This document shows positions 54,050 to 63,999 of a DNA stretch of 64,000 nucleotides, one piece after another (position 1 is the first letter of the stretch; each line of letters opens with the position of its first letter). The notes under the pieces are model-generated. The model saw only the letters and a program-made list of their open reading frames with translations, searched no databases and was not told where the DNA came from. The stretch lies in assembly GCA_030603665.1 (NCBI GenBank), contig JAUVXJ010000008.1:94900-158899 (forward strand). Direction: 5' to 3'. The position numbers and the translations under genes are program-made. This DNA comes from Chloroflexota bacterium. Lineage in GTDB: Bacteria; Chloroflexota; Anaerolineae; UBA7937; B3-Chlor.

Positions 54050-57000
54050 GTGGACATCAGGGCTCCTCTGGCTATTGCGGCGGCTCTCGGCCTTGCGCTC
54101 GTGGGCCAGGCCTACTTCTCGCACGAAGGCCCAGCGATAGACGGCATTATCCTCTTCGGGCTGGCCACTTTGTGCCTGTTGTTGATCCCTCCGCGCCGGG
54201 AGAGTAGTCCGCGAAGCGCTGCCCAAGAGCCCCGGCTGGACAAGGTACATCTCCTCCTCGTGGGGCTCGGACTCCTCTCCATGGGCCTGTGCCTGGCGGA
54301 TCTGTACGTCAGCCGGGCCAGCAACAGGGCTCTCGTGGCCTGGGTGGTAGGTCTAGCCCTCTTCGTAACCGGCTTCTGGCTTGGCTCCTCCCGCCCGACG
54401 TGGCGGCCGGGGCGGCGTGAGGTGCTCCTTCTCCTGCTGATCTTGCTCGCCGCCCTCTTCGTACGCGCCTACCGACTGGGTGACATGCCTCCGGGGGTGT
54501 ACCTTGACGAGGCTGACAACGCCGTGTGGGGGCTGCGCTTTCTCGAAGGCCCATACTCGCCCTTCACCGAGCACAGGCACGGCAACGCCACCCTGCCTTT
54601 CCAGCTGCTGGGGGTCACACTGCAGGTGTTTGGGGTGGAGCCTTCGGTTCTTCGCGTTTTTGGTGTGATTGTCGGACTGGCAACGGTGGTGGTCTTCTAC
54701 TTTCTAGCCCGAGAGATGTTTGGCGTGCCCTCAGCCCTGATAGGTACGGCGTTGCTGGCCGTGTCGCGCTGGCACGTGCACTTCAGCCGCGTGGGCTTCG
54801 TGGACAATCTGCAGGTGCCGTTCTTTGAGGCGCTGACTCTCCTTTTCCTGTGGCGCGGTCTCCGCGATGGCCGCAGGCTGGACTATGCCTTCGCAGGGTT
54901 GAGCTTCGGCCTCGGTTTTCACACCTATATCGGGTATCGCATCTTCCCGCTGGTCATCGCCCTGTTTCTTCTGCACCGGTTGTTCTCCAGGAGGGGATGG
55001 ATCCGCGCACAGTTGGCTGGTCTGCTGATCTTCGCCCTTGCCACCTTCATGACACTATCGCCTCTGGCTCTGTACGCGGTGCAGAAGCCTGAGATATTCG
55101 TGCGCCGTGCTGAGGCCGCCTCTGTCCTGCTGGACATCGAAAGAGAGGGGAGCTACGAGCCGCTGCTCGAGAACGTGCGCAAGAGTCTGTTGATGTACAA
55201 CCAGCGAGGAGATCCTCGGCCGCGGCATAACCTGCCCCATGAGTCCATGCTTGATGGCTTATCCGCCGTGTTTTTCGGGCTCGGCCTGGGCTACAGCCTA
55301 TTGAGATGGCGTCGCGACCGCTACTTCCTTCTTGTGGCATGGCTCTTGCTAGGCCTGCTTCCTGGAATCCTCTCGCTGGCTGATTCCAACCCTCAGTCTC
55401 TGCGCACGCTGGGCAATGTGCCAGCAGTCTTCCTCCTGATCACTGCCTTCTGGGACCGAGCCTGGGCCACCTACGTGCCCCTCTTGAGGGCCGACGCACG
55501 TCGCTACCTCGTCCTGGCTGTGGCTGTCTTGCTGGCTGTCAGTTGCGGGACGAACCTCAACATCTACTTTGGTCGTCAGGCCTCCAACGAGTCGGTCTAC
55601 TACGACTTCGATCCGGCCCAGACGGAGGCGGGGAAGTACGTCAAGGCTCACGGCGCGGACAACCTGATGCTCGTCTCGCACGCGCTGGCCAATCATTCCG
55701 ACCTGAAGTTCATCCCCTACGGAGTGCCTTTCACCGTTCTGGATCTCAATGCACATGTGCCGCTGCGGGAGCAGGTAAGCAGTGACGTGATCTACGTTCT
55801 GGACTGGGGCCACGCTTCGCTCATCTCGCGCTTGAGCGAACTGTACCCTGGCGGCGCCTACATGGAGCATCTGGACCGGTACGGGCGCACCATGTTTCAC
55901 ACCTACGAAGTGAACCAGGAGGAGGTAGCCGGCGTTCAAGGGCTCCGGGCGGCCTACTATGAGGGATCGGACTTCGAGGAGCCTGCGCTGCTGGAACAAG
56001 TGGACAGGACCCTGGATTTCTCGTGGGAAGAGCCCCCTGCGTCCCCACCTTTCTCAGCGCGATGGCGGGGTTCTCTGTACGTGCCCCAGTATGGAGCGTA
56101 CACCTTCATTCTAGAGACCTCTGGCTCGGCCGTGCTGCGCGTGGGGCAGGACGTAGTGCTGGAGGTCGAGGGCGGCAGCGTTGAGCAGAGCGAGCAGATG
56201 GCGGCCGGGTTCTATGCTATCGAGGTGGAGACGGTGCAGCAGGAGGCTGGGCGCCTTCGAGTGGGCTGGGTCAAGCCCGGTACCGAGGAGGAGATCATCC
56301 CCAGCCATGCGCTGTACGTAGGAGAGCTGTATGGACATGGGTTGCTGGGCCTGTACAGGCGTGGCACCACCTGGGACGGAGAGGCGACGGTGGTGCAATT
56401 GGATGCATTCATCGCGCCCAATGATGTGCTACCCTCGCCCTTCAGCATAGAGTGGTTGGGGAAGATATATGTGCCGGTCAGTGGTCCCTACGTCTTCGGC
56501 ACCACATCTGATGACGGCTCCCATCTGTATCTGGATGGCCAATTGGTGGTCGACAATGGTGGTCATCACGGCGACGTGCACAGAGAGGGACGGATCCAGT
56601 TGGAGAAGGGTTTCCACGACATCCGGCTGCTGTACTTCCAGGATGGCGGTGGCCGCAAGATAGAGCTGTATTGGACACCACCAGGGGGTACCAGTGTCCA
56701 GGTGCCGCAGGAGCAATTCGTCCCGCCAGGGGCGGAACTGACTATCCCGTCGCCGCCGACGTCTGGCCCCGATCAGGTCGTAACTCCGTCCTCGTCGGTC
56801 CCAGCTCTTGGTGGAATCACCTTCCTCACCAGTTGGGGTGAGCGGGGCGACAGGCCAGGCCAGTTGAACGAACCACGAGGTGTTGCGGTCAGTCTGCAGG
56901 GCGTGGTGTATGTGGCCGACACTGGGAACGGCCGCCTCCAGGTCTTCGATGAGGCGGGCGAGCTCGTGGCAGAGTGGGGAGAGGGGGTGCTGGGTGAGCC

Positions 57001-57631
57001 TTTCGACCTGGCCGTCGGCGGTGATGGCCGGGTCTACGTGGTTGACACGGAGCACGACAGCCTCTTCATATTCTCCCCCGATGGGCGGTTGGAGAGCACT
57101 TGGGGAGACCGCTGGGGGCTGTTCGATCCCCGTGGTGTGGATGTGGACAGAGAAGGCAACATCTATATCGCCAACACAGGCGGAAACGTAGTGCTGAAGG
57201 TATCAGCCCAGGGAGAGGTACTGGAACGATACGGGACGACTGGATCAGGGCCGGGCCAGTTGAATCAGCCAACCGACGTCGCCGTGGACGGTGAGGGGAA
57301 TCTGTACGTGGTGGATACGGCAAATGAGAGGATCCAGGTCTTGAACAGAGGGGGCGAATACCTTCGGGAGTGGAGCATATCCCGGGCCAACACCTTCGAC
57401 AGTCCTCACATCGCCTGGGGCATGGAGGGTTTGCTCTTCCTGACAGACCCCGAGATGGCGCAGGTGCTCGTCTATGACGAGTGGGGAAGGCTTGTGACCT
57501 TGTGGGGTGAGAAGGGGTCATTGGAGGGGCAGTTCAGCAAACCCATCGGCATCGCCTTCGACCAGCGTGCGTCAGTGTACGTGGCGGACACCTACAATCA
57601 CAGGATTCAGAAGTTCGATCTCGCTAGGTGA
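54050..57631 (+). CDS. GT-C fold (family 39/83-like) membrane glycosyltransferase fused to two PA14 domains and C-terminal NHL repeats
   Basis: About 550 aa with more than 10 TM and an YLDEADN first-loop motif. Two GL.A.YY/GLLGLY...F..W.G.. PA14-type modules (the second ends IELYWTPPG). Then at least 6 NHL repeats (GQLNEPRGVAV...VYVADTGNGRLQVF). Confidence 0.75.
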   Translation: MDIRAPLAIAAALGLALVGQAYFSHEGPAIDGIILFGLATLCLLLIPPRRESSPRSAAQEPRLDKVHLLLVGLGLLSMGLCLADLYVSRASNRALVAWVVGLALFVTGFWLGSSRPTWRPGRREVLLLLLILLAALFVRAYRLGDMPPGVYLDEADNAVWGLRFLEGPYSPFTEHRHGNATLPFQLLGVTLQVFGVEPSVLRVFGVIVGLATVVVFYFLAREMFGVPSALIGTALLAVSRWHVHFSRVGFVDNLQVPFFEALTLLFLWRGLRDGRRLDYAFAGLSFGLGFHTYIGYRIFPLVIALFLLHRLFSRRGWIRAQLAGLLIFALATFMTLSPLALYAVQKPEIFVRRAEAASVLLDIEREGSYEPLLENVRKSLLMYNQRGDPRPRHNLPHESMLDGLSAVFFGLGLGYSLLRWRRDRYFLLVAWLLLGLLPGILSLADSNPQSLRTLGNVPAVFLLITAFWDRAWATYVPLLRADARRYLVLAVAVLLAVSCGTNLNIYFGRQASNESVYYDFDPAQTEAGKYVKAHGADNLMLVSHALANHSDLKFIPYGVPFTVLDLNAHVPLREQVSSDVIYVLDWGHASLISRLSELYPGGAYMEHLDRYGRTMFHTYEVNQEEVAGVQGLRAAYYEGSDFEEPALLEQVDRTLDFSWEEPPASPPFSARWRGSLYVPQYGAYTFILETSGSAVLRVGQDVVLEVEGGSVEQSEQMAAGFYAIEVETVQQEAGRLRVGWVKPGTEEEIIPSHALYVGELYGHGLLGLYRRGTTWDGEATVVQLDAFIAPNDVLPSPFSIEWLGKIYVPVSGPYVFGTTSDDGSHLYLDGQLVVDNGGHHGDVHREGRIQLEKGFHDIRLLYFQDGGGRKIELYWTPPGGTSVQVPQEQFVPPGAELTIPSPPTSGPDQVVTPSSSVPALGGITFLTSWGERGDRPGQLNEPRGVAVSLQGVVYVADTGNGRLQVFDEAGELVAEWGEGVLGEPFDLAVGGDGRVYVVDTEHDSLFIFSPDGRLESTWGDRWGLFDPRGVDVDREGNIYIANTGGNVVLKVSAQGEVLERYGTTGSGPGQLNQPTDVAVDGEGNLYVVDTANERIQVLNRGGEYLREWSISRANTFDSPHIAWGMEGLLFLTDPEMAQVLVYDEWGRLVTLWGEKGSLEGQFSKPIGIAFDQRASVYVADTYNHRIQKFDLAR

Positions 57632-57662
57632 CCCGCACCGGTCCAACCTGGTAGTCTGGAAC

Positions 57663-60461
57663 ATGTTGCCTCTTCTCCTGACCACTCTCGGATTCCTGCT
57701 GGCCTGTCTCGGTCAGGTCTGCTTGCATGGCCGAGTAAACGAGGCGGTCGCGGTAGTCTTGTTGGGCACCGCGGTGGCGCTGATCCTGGTCGCCTTTCGC
57801 TGCTTGCCTGGAGACGAGGTCGAGGCGACGCACGCAGTCACCTCTGCCTTGGACCGCCGAGGCATGCTGGCCCTGCTGGTAGCCTCATTGCCGGCCTGGG
57901 TTGCTGCATGGCTGCTGGCGCTGCGCTGGGACAGTCTGTACGTCGGTCTTCTGCTCTACGCCTGCGGCCTCGCTCTGGTCTTGGCGGTCTGTGCTCAGCG
58001 CGAGGGATGGAGCCTGCCCCCGCTCAGCGCCGCGCTCAGGGACCATTGGGCCGAATTGACCTTGGTGGGCCTGGTGCTGGCCCTGGGCCTCTTCCTGCGG
58101 CTGTACCGCCTGGACTACTACCCTCCGCCGGGCAGCATCTCCTGGAATGACGAGGCACAGATCGGTAAGGACGCCTATGGCGCTATTCATCACGGCTACC
58201 GACCGTGGCAGTTCCCCTTCTCCGTCTATGCTACTCGCGTCTCCTTCGTGGTGCTGGGGCCAACGGTCATCGCTCTGCGGCTAACCTTCGTTCTTCTCGG
58301 ATTCCTGACTCTCGTTGTGTTCCACTTCCTGGCGAGAGAGCTATTTCGCTTCCCGGTGGCCCTTACGGCTACGTTTCTCTTCGCCGTCTCCCGTTGGCAC
58401 ATCGCCTTCAGCAGGCTGGTGCTACCCTCCACGCCGGCTATGCTGCTCGAGGTGTCCACCTTCTACCTGTTGCTTCGGGGTAGGCGCACCGGTGGGATGA
58501 TGAACTATGTCTTGGCCGGGGTGGCCATGGGCCTGGGGTTGTACAGCCATGCCTCCTTTCGCATCGTCCCCATCCTCGTGCTGCTACTCTTCATCGGCCA
58601 GGGCTGGTGCTGGTTTCGTGCACGGAGGGCGTGCGATGCCAGCCTGTCCTCCAGCATTGTGGCTCCCTGGCTGGCTTTCCTTGCCTCGTTTGTCGTGGTC
58701 TCGCTTCCCCTGGCTGCCATCATCTGGCGTGAGCCGCGCCTGGCCTTCGGCGAGCGGTTCAGTTCCGTGATGCCGGTGCTATTTGGAGGTGGAGGGGCCT
58801 TGCCCTCCTGGGATCTACAGGAGCGCGTGGTGCGGTTGGTGGGGTTCTTCAACTACAAGGGCGAGGCTTGGGGGGCGGTCAATCTGCCCGATCTGCCTAT
58901 GCTGGACCTGTGGACAGGGGCGCTCTTTGTACTGGGATTCGGCTACTGTCTGTTCTACTTCTGGCGGAACAGGCACCTCTTCTATCTGAGCTGGTTCACG
59001 ATCACTGTCATCGGCGGCGGTTTGTTGACCGCGGATTTGCGCAGCCATCGTTTCGCGGGAGTGTTGCCGGTGCTCTTCATCTTCGCCGGTGTCTTCGTAG
59101 AGGGCGCATGGGTTAGCTTCCGCCGTGGTTTTGGAGAGTCCCGCCGTGGCTACTTCGCGCTGTTCCTGCTGCCTGTTCTGATGCTTGCGGGGTTCGCCAA
59201 CTACTACGTCTTCTTTGAGAGGCAGATCCACGCTGACTCTGTCCGCATCGAGTTCACCAGAGAGATTGCAGCGGTCGCCAATTACATCTCTTCTGTGGGG
59301 CGGGGCCACTACTTCTATCTTTTCGCTAACTATCCCTACTACAGTCCTGGGATGGACTTTGCCTGGATGGCGGGCGAAGCCCCTGGAGAGCGGGGAGTGG
59401 ACGTGCTGGACGTCATCCCCAGCCGTCGAACGGCCGGTGACGAGGACGTGGTCTACATCTTCACCACCCCCTACAACGTGCAAGCCCTCGCTGAGGTAGT
59501 TGAGTACTTCTATCCCCACGCTCAGACGGAGGCATTTCAGGGGGAGTATGAACGGTATACGTTCGTCGCTGCCCACGTTGCAGCGGAAGAGGTGTGGAGG
59601 TCTCAGGGGTTGCTTGGCTACTACTACTCGGTGGATGACATAGAGGCTGAGCCGGACGTGGTTCGGCAGGACAGGCAACTAGACTTCGACTGGACAGCGG
59701 ATGAACTCCCGCTACCGTTCCCTTTCAGTGCGCAGTGGCGGGGAACTCTCTACGCACCGGAAGAGAGTACCTACATGTTAGAGATTGAGCCGTCGGGACC
59801 GTGCCAGATTCACGTCGATGATCTCGCTGTGGAAGATGGAGAGGCCATAGGTCTGGTCAAGGGGTGGCATCGCTTAAGGGTGACCTGCTTGGGGCTGGAG
59901 GAGGGACACTCGCTGAGGCTGGTGTGGACAGCGCCAGGGCGCGAGCGGGAGGTGGTGTCCGCTGAGTTTCTGAACCCGAACGAGCAGGTCCACGGCGTCC
60001 TGGTCTCGGTGTACGAGGGTCCTGACTGGAGCGGAGATCCCGTAGAGCGGAGCATCCAGCCGGTGTTGTCGCTCTTGAGGATGCCCACGGCCTGGCAGTC
60101 TGCCTTCGTGCCAGAACTGGAGGGGGAGCTGTACAGCCTGGACTGTCGCGGCCAGTTCAGGGTGGACGAGGGAGGCGTCTACCGTTTCGATCTCGTGCCC
60201 TGGAACGGAAAGGCCAGTCTGTACATCGACGGGGCGGAGGTAGTGGCCGTGGAACGGGAGGGAAGAACGGCAGGCTCTGACGAGGTGAATCTAGGATCTG
60301 GGTGGCACGACCTGTGGCTGAGATACTCGTACCATGGAGGCGAGTACAGCGGAGTGGAAGTCCTGTGGACCCCACCGGGTGCAGAGACCCAGATCATCCC
60401 TCCGGCGTTGATGCGGCCCACAGGTGACCTGATTGCAGGGTCGGTCAGCCAGGCCCCCTGA
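57663..60461 (+). CDS. second GT-C fold membrane glycosyltransferase fused to PA14 domains (paralogue, no NHL region)
   Basis: Internal ATG (MLPLLLTTLGF). WNDEAQ loop motif, a polytopic N-terminus, and two PA14-like modules ending VEVLWTPPG. Confidence 0.75.
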   Translation: MLPLLLTTLGFLLACLGQVCLHGRVNEAVAVVLLGTAVALILVAFRCLPGDEVEATHAVTSALDRRGMLALLVASLPAWVAAWLLALRWDSLYVGLLLYACGLALVLAVCAQREGWSLPPLSAALRDHWAELTLVGLVLALGLFLRLYRLDYYPPPGSISWNDEAQIGKDAYGAIHHGYRPWQFPFSVYATRVSFVVLGPTVIALRLTFVLLGFLTLVVFHFLARELFRFPVALTATFLFAVSRWHIAFSRLVLPSTPAMLLEVSTFYLLLRGRRTGGMMNYVLAGVAMGLGLYSHASFRIVPILVLLLFIGQGWCWFRARRACDASLSSSIVAPWLAFLASFVVVSLPLAAIIWREPRLAFGERFSSVMPVLFGGGGALPSWDLQERVVRLVGFFNYKGEAWGAVNLPDLPMLDLWTGALFVLGFGYCLFYFWRNRHLFYLSWFTITVIGGGLLTADLRSHRFAGVLPVLFIFAGVFVEGAWVSFRRGFGESRRGYFALFLLPVLMLAGFANYYVFFERQIHADSVRIEFTREIAAVANYISSVGRGHYFYLFANYPYYSPGMDFAWMAGEAPGERGVDVLDVIPSRRTAGDEDVVYIFTTPYNVQALAEVVEYFYPHAQTEAFQGEYERYTFVAAHVAAEEVWRSQGLLGYYYSVDDIEAEPDVVRQDRQLDFDWTADELPLPFPFSAQWRGTLYAPEESTYMLEIEPSGPCQIHVDDLAVEDGEAIGLVKGWHRLRVTCLGLEEGHSLRLVWTAPGREREVVSAEFLNPNEQVHGVLVSVYEGPDWSGDPVERSIQPVLSLLRMPTAWQSAFVPELEGELYSLDCRGQFRVDEGGVYRFDLVPWNGKASLYIDGAEVVAVEREGRTAGSDEVNLGSGWHDLWLRYSYHGGEYSGVEVLWTPPGAETQIIPPALMRPTGDLIAGSVSQAP

Positions 60462-60656
60462 TGATCAAGTAGCTGCACACCAGGCCAATCAGCGCACCGA
60501 AGCCGTAGAGACCCCCAATTCAATCGGATATCATGGCCACGATGCAGACGAGAAGAGCGTTCCTGGCGTGGTGCCTGACGGCGATCCCCAGCAGAACGTT
60601 GGCGGCCAAGTAGAGGAGCACTCTTCCGCAGGCGAGGTCCAGGACCGCGGCCGTGT

Positions 60657-60791
60657 TCATTGCTGCCTGGCCCCGTCCCAGAATCGAATGGACAGAGTGG
60701 CAGGAACGAGGTTGAGGAACATCAGCCCGCTGTAGATCACCCCAACGGCACTTACCAGGAGACCGCCCCGCAGCACAGCCCTCTTTGCCAT
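60657..60791 (-). CDS. 44-aa hydrophobic peptide (hypothetical)
   Basis: GAGGAGAG SD before the internal ATG (MAKRAVLRGGLLVSAVGVIYSGLMFL...). Its stop overlaps the next ATG (ATGA). Confidence 0.3.
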   Translation of the reverse strand: MAKRAVLRGGLLVSAVGVIYSGLMFLNLVPATLSIRFWDGARQQ

Positions 60792-61041
60792 TGCTCGCTT
60801 CTCCTCTCCCTCGTCCGCGTCTCTGGCGTGATCCTTCTCAGCGTCCCATCGTAGTGTGAGCGACTGCATGAGGCAATCTCTGCCGGTGACCAGAGTCCCA
60901 TCGCGACGGTGCTAGTCGTAGAGTGAGGGTCATCAGGGCGAGCTCGTCAAGAACGAGAACCTCCCTCGGTTGGTGTGCCCGAGGGAGGTCTCAAAGAGGA
61001 AGAGAAGAATTCTAGTTCAGGCTTTGTGGCCCTTAAGGTGC

Positions 61042-62178
61042 TCACCGAGCCATGGTATAGACCAGCCTTGTCACAGCATCGCCGCGCTCCATGAGCTGTG
61101 GAATGCTAAGCTTCATGTCTGCGTTGTAGGCGTTGGCTTGAGCGGGCAGCGCTTCTTCCCACAGCATGGCGGCAAAGCGTCCGGTTCCGAACCGGTCGAA
61201 GAAGCCAGCGTACGCGGACTTGGCGATGTCGATGCTGTGGCCCTCTCGGGTCAGCTCCACATTCTCCGCCATCCAGGCGTCCCCGGCGGCCAGGTCGTCG
61301 TAGTACCTGACGAAGTTCTCCACGCCGAGCGACCAGCCTCTCTCCCCGTGGTCCTGTGCCATGTCGCTGCCGCGCCAGGCGCCCCACTTGCGCATGGCAC
61401 GCCTCACGATGTCCTCTGTCGGGTCCTGGTCCAGGGCGCGGAGGAGCTCATTGGCGATGGAATGATAGAACAGGCAGAAGAGGCGAGCCATCATGCGGTA
61501 GGTCGTCGCCGGGTCAGTCATCCCCGGTTCCTTCTCTCCCTCAATGGTCCGGCCTCCCGTCTTCGCCAGTGCTTGCAGGCGCTCAGCCTGATGAACAGCC
61601 CTCTCGGCCGCGTCGAGGGTCATGGAGAAGCGGAAGAGGCACTTGCTCTGGCCTCGGGTGAGGAGCGAGGGGTACCAGACGTCGACATCGGGGTTGAACT
61701 CCTTGGCCACGGCAACGTGTACCTCTTCGCACATCAAGACTGAAAGCTGTTGAGGGCATATGTAGCGCAGATAGTCGTGGAAGGGACAGCCCGGTAGATC
61801 GTACCCCTCGTAGTGGGGCGACCGATCTTTGTGCTGCATCTCCCAGGATTCTCCCACAGAGGGCAAGTCCCAGTATTCCATTAGTCTCTGGACATCGAGC
61901 GGCAGGCCGCGTTTCTCGACGTCGCGCCGGATGTCGTTGCCGCGGTAGCGGCCAAAGTCCTTCACGGCTTCGCGCAAGATGGAGTCGGCCTGATCCATGC
62001 CCAGCGTGTCGGCGATCTCGCTGGCCATGAACCCGTACATGGTGGTGTCCAGCCTGACGATGGCCTGCGTGACATCCTCTGTGTCACCCTCCAGGTGTCC
62101 TCCTTGTCCTACCGGTGCCTTCCTAGAGAGCAAGCGATCCACGATGTTGGTGTAGTTGCTTGGTACGTAGTCACTCAT
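61042..62178 (-). CDS. tandem ATC-hydrolase-like (L-2-amino-thiazoline-4-carboxylic acid hydrolase family-like) protein, uncertain
   Basis: The pattern LPGCPFHDYL...LMCEEVHVAVAKEFNPDVDVWYPSLLTRGQSKCLFRF resembles that family. The second half looks like a degenerate repeat. Confidence 0.45.
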   Translation of the reverse strand: MSDYVPSNYTNIVDRLLSRKAPVGQGGHLEGDTEDVTQAIVRLDTTMYGFMASEIADTLGMDQADSILREAVKDFGRYRGNDIRRDVEKRGLPLDVQRLMEYWDLPSVGESWEMQHKDRSPHYEGYDLPGCPFHDYLRYICPQQLSVLMCEEVHVAVAKEFNPDVDVWYPSLLTRGQSKCLFRFSMTLDAAERAVHQAERLQALAKTGGRTIEGEKEPGMTDPATTYRMMARLFCLFYHSIANELLRALDQDPTEDIVRRAMRKWGAWRGSDMAQDHGERGWSLGVENFVRYYDDLAAGDAWMAENVELTREGHSIDIAKSAYAGFFDRFGTGRFAAMLWEEALPAQANAYNADMKLSIPQLMERGDAVTRLVYTMAR

Positions 62179-62256
62179 GCAGATCTCTCCTTATGATCTG
62201 GGGACGCGGCCTCAGGCGGTGCGATGCTCGCCTAGTCCCTGGCCGCGGCCAGGAAG

Positions 62257-62400
62257 ATGCTGTTGCTGATCAGCTTCCAGGTGTTGGTCCACAGGGCTCT
62301 GAAGCCAGGTGAAGCGACCTATGGTGCCGATCACTCGAAGGTGGCGATTAGGGTGAACAACCTGGACTCTGTGCTCCAGGACCTGGAAGACGCAGTCGGT
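62257..62400 (+). pseudogene. isolated TPR_12-type repeat remnant
   Basis: LVHRALKPGEATYGADHSKVAIRVNNLDSVLQDLEDAVG matches the RAL...E...G.DHP.VA...NNLA.LL...G repeat. There is no intact gene context. Confidence 0.4.
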
Positions 62401-62744
62401 CCTACAGAGCCTCAAGGCGCTGGCAGGAGAACAAGACGGGTAGGCGCTCGTAAGGACCTCGAAGGGAAGCAGGAAGGAGCTGGGCCAGCAGTGGGACCGG
62501 CAAGGAGGATAGAGAGTCCGGGAGGGGCTTGTGCTACGTAGCGCGGGAACGAATCCCCGCGCGGTGGGGGTTGTCTTGTTTCACGACGACGGTTCCGCTG
62601 AGCCTTGGTGTATGCCAGGCTGCACGAAAGGGCTGAAGCCCTCACTACGAACCTGCCCGCTGAGGCGAACAAAGGCGAGCATCCTGAGTAGCTGCGGAGC
62701 AGTGTAACGAAGGGTGCGACTGGGCCTGAATGAATGGTCTTGCA

Positions 62745-63000
62745 CACCCACACCCTTCGATACGGCCTTCGGCCTACTCGGGATGCTTACTCGGCTTGCC
62801 CACGCGGGCTCGATTCGAGGGGTAGCCACTGGTCCTATCCGCCCCACAGATGAGACACCCCGTCTCCTTCGATACGGCCTTGGGCCTATCCCCTTCGGCT
62901 CTGCCCAGGGCAGGCTTCGGCGAGCTCAGGCCGCGGCTCAGGATGCTTGAGTGGCCGAGCCCATTCAGAGCCTGGCCCCTAGTCCTACCCGGCCCAAGAA
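62745..63000. repeat. two degenerate tandem units (~110 and ~150 bp) of a non-coding repeat
   Basis: Shared blocks are CCTTCGATACGGCCTT(C/G)GGCCTA, GGATGCTT and GTCCTA(T/C)CCG(C/G)CCCA.AGA..AGAC. An inverted GAGCATCCTGAG copy lies at about 62678. Confidence 0.6.
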
Positions 63001-63004
63001 GAGA

Positions 63005-63034
63005 CCCCCCGCGAGTCTTGCGACGTGCGGGGGG
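63005..63034. terminator. hairpin CCCCCCGC-N14-GCGGGGGG, likely terminator of the convergent/minus gene
   Basis: 8-bp G/C stem. In minus sense it is followed by UCUCUUCUU, about 200 nt after the stop at 63235. Confidence 0.45.
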
Positions 63035-63234
63035 TTTCAGGAGGAAAAGAATTGTAAGGACACGAGCAAATGAGTCAGCAACGGACCTGGCTCAGCTGTC
63101 CCGCTTCCGACCCTTGGCATCATTTCCACGGTCACATCCGCATCCCTCGCAACGGCCTCCGAGATGCTCGGGATGCAGACCGGACAGGGAAGACGCCGTG
63201 GGTAGAAGCACCGAGACCTCAGTCCCAGGCGACT

Positions 63235-63999
63235 CTACCCCGTGACCTCAATTCGCTCTACCCATTTAACCCATTTCGACCCATACTGGTTACGGGCAAC
63301 CAGCCTGATGGGATATCCATCCTTGCTGGGCAGGGTCTCTCCGTTCACCTCGTAGGCCAGGAAGACCCCGTCAGCCGTGGCGTCTTCCACCGTTATGGTC
63401 TGGGCATAACCGTCTCCGGCCACGAGGCGAACCCCTGACGCTTCGGGGGATACCCCGGCCTCTTCCAAGATCAAGCTGAGGGGCGTGCCAGTCCATGTGG
63501 CGTTGTTCCAGAAGACGCCAGAGCAGATGAGGAGTACCGTTTCCGTCACCTCGGGCCGGCTCAACAGGTCCTCGTAGGTCAGGCTCAAGGGGTTGTCCAC
63601 CAGACCATCCACCACCAGACGATAGGTGTCGATGTCATACTTCTGCGGTCTCCCCGTGCGGCCCAACTTCTCTATGGGAGTGATGGGCAGCGTGCTGTTG
63701 TCCACCTGGGAGGGATGCATGTCCTTGATGTTGTCAGGTATCGCACCCGCATCTTCTGCCGGTGTGGTTGTGGACGCGGCTGGTGACTGCTCCCCAGCGG
63801 TGGAGCGGGTATCGTCACCCGTTGCGGTTGCCGATGGAGACGGTGTCTGCTCCTCAACCGCAGACTCGGAATCATCGACCGTTTCCGTGGCAGACGAAGC
63901 CGGTGGCTGCACCTCTGTGTAAGAAGGGACATCTTCGTCTGGCGGCGCTGCCGGCGCCGAACACGCGACCAGGGCCGTGATGAGTAAGGTGAGAATCAA
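63235..63999 (-). CDS. molybdopterin-binding oxidoreductase-domain lipoprotein (sulfite oxidase/YedY-type fold); N-terminus at window edge
   Basis: Lipobox LVAC, an acidic Ser/Thr-rich linker, then ...TYRLVVDGLVDNPLSLTYEDLL.....T....L.C.......W.G.PL..IL..AGV........V.....DGY.......D.......LAYE.NGE.L....G.P.RLV......G.KWVKWV..IEV. Confidence 0.8.
   Translation of the reverse strand: MILTLLITALVACSAPAAPPDEDVPSYTEVQPPASSATETVDDSESAVEEQTPSPSATATGDDTRSTAGEQSPAASTTTPAEDAGAIPDNIKDMHPSQVDNSTLPITPIEKLGRTGRPQKYDIDTYRLVVDGLVDNPLSLTYEDLLSRPEVTETVLLICSGVFWNNATWTGTPLSLILEEAGVSPEASGVRLVAGDGYAQTITVEDATADGVFLAYEVNGETLPSKDGYPIRLVARNQYGSKWVKWVERIEVTG

Noticed and set aside
60445-60660. A third in-frame TGA. 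The small hydrophobic ORF MNTAAVLDLACGRVLLYLAANVLLGIAVRHHARNALLVCIVAMISD-TGA-IGGLYGFGALIGLVCSYLIIRGPG might be a Sec or readthrough case.
   Set aside because: There is no hairpin after the TGA and no Cys/redox context. The extension overlaps the 3' end of the convergent GT-C gene. More likely explanations are a short ORF ending at 60520 or a decayed gene.
62440-62760. Possible RNase P RNA, cobalamin riboswitch, tmRNA or group II intron 5' end. The hints were strings such as GAGAGTCCGGGAGG, CTGAATGAATGG and GTGCGACTGGG.
   Set aside because: - The universal RNase P CR-I (GGAAAGUCCGGGC) and CR-V (ACAGAACCCGGCUUA) elements are absent, and no complementary P4 strand is present.
- There is no B12 box and no tRNA-like 3' end.
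- There is no reverse-transcriptase ORF or domain V.
The similarities are short and out of order.
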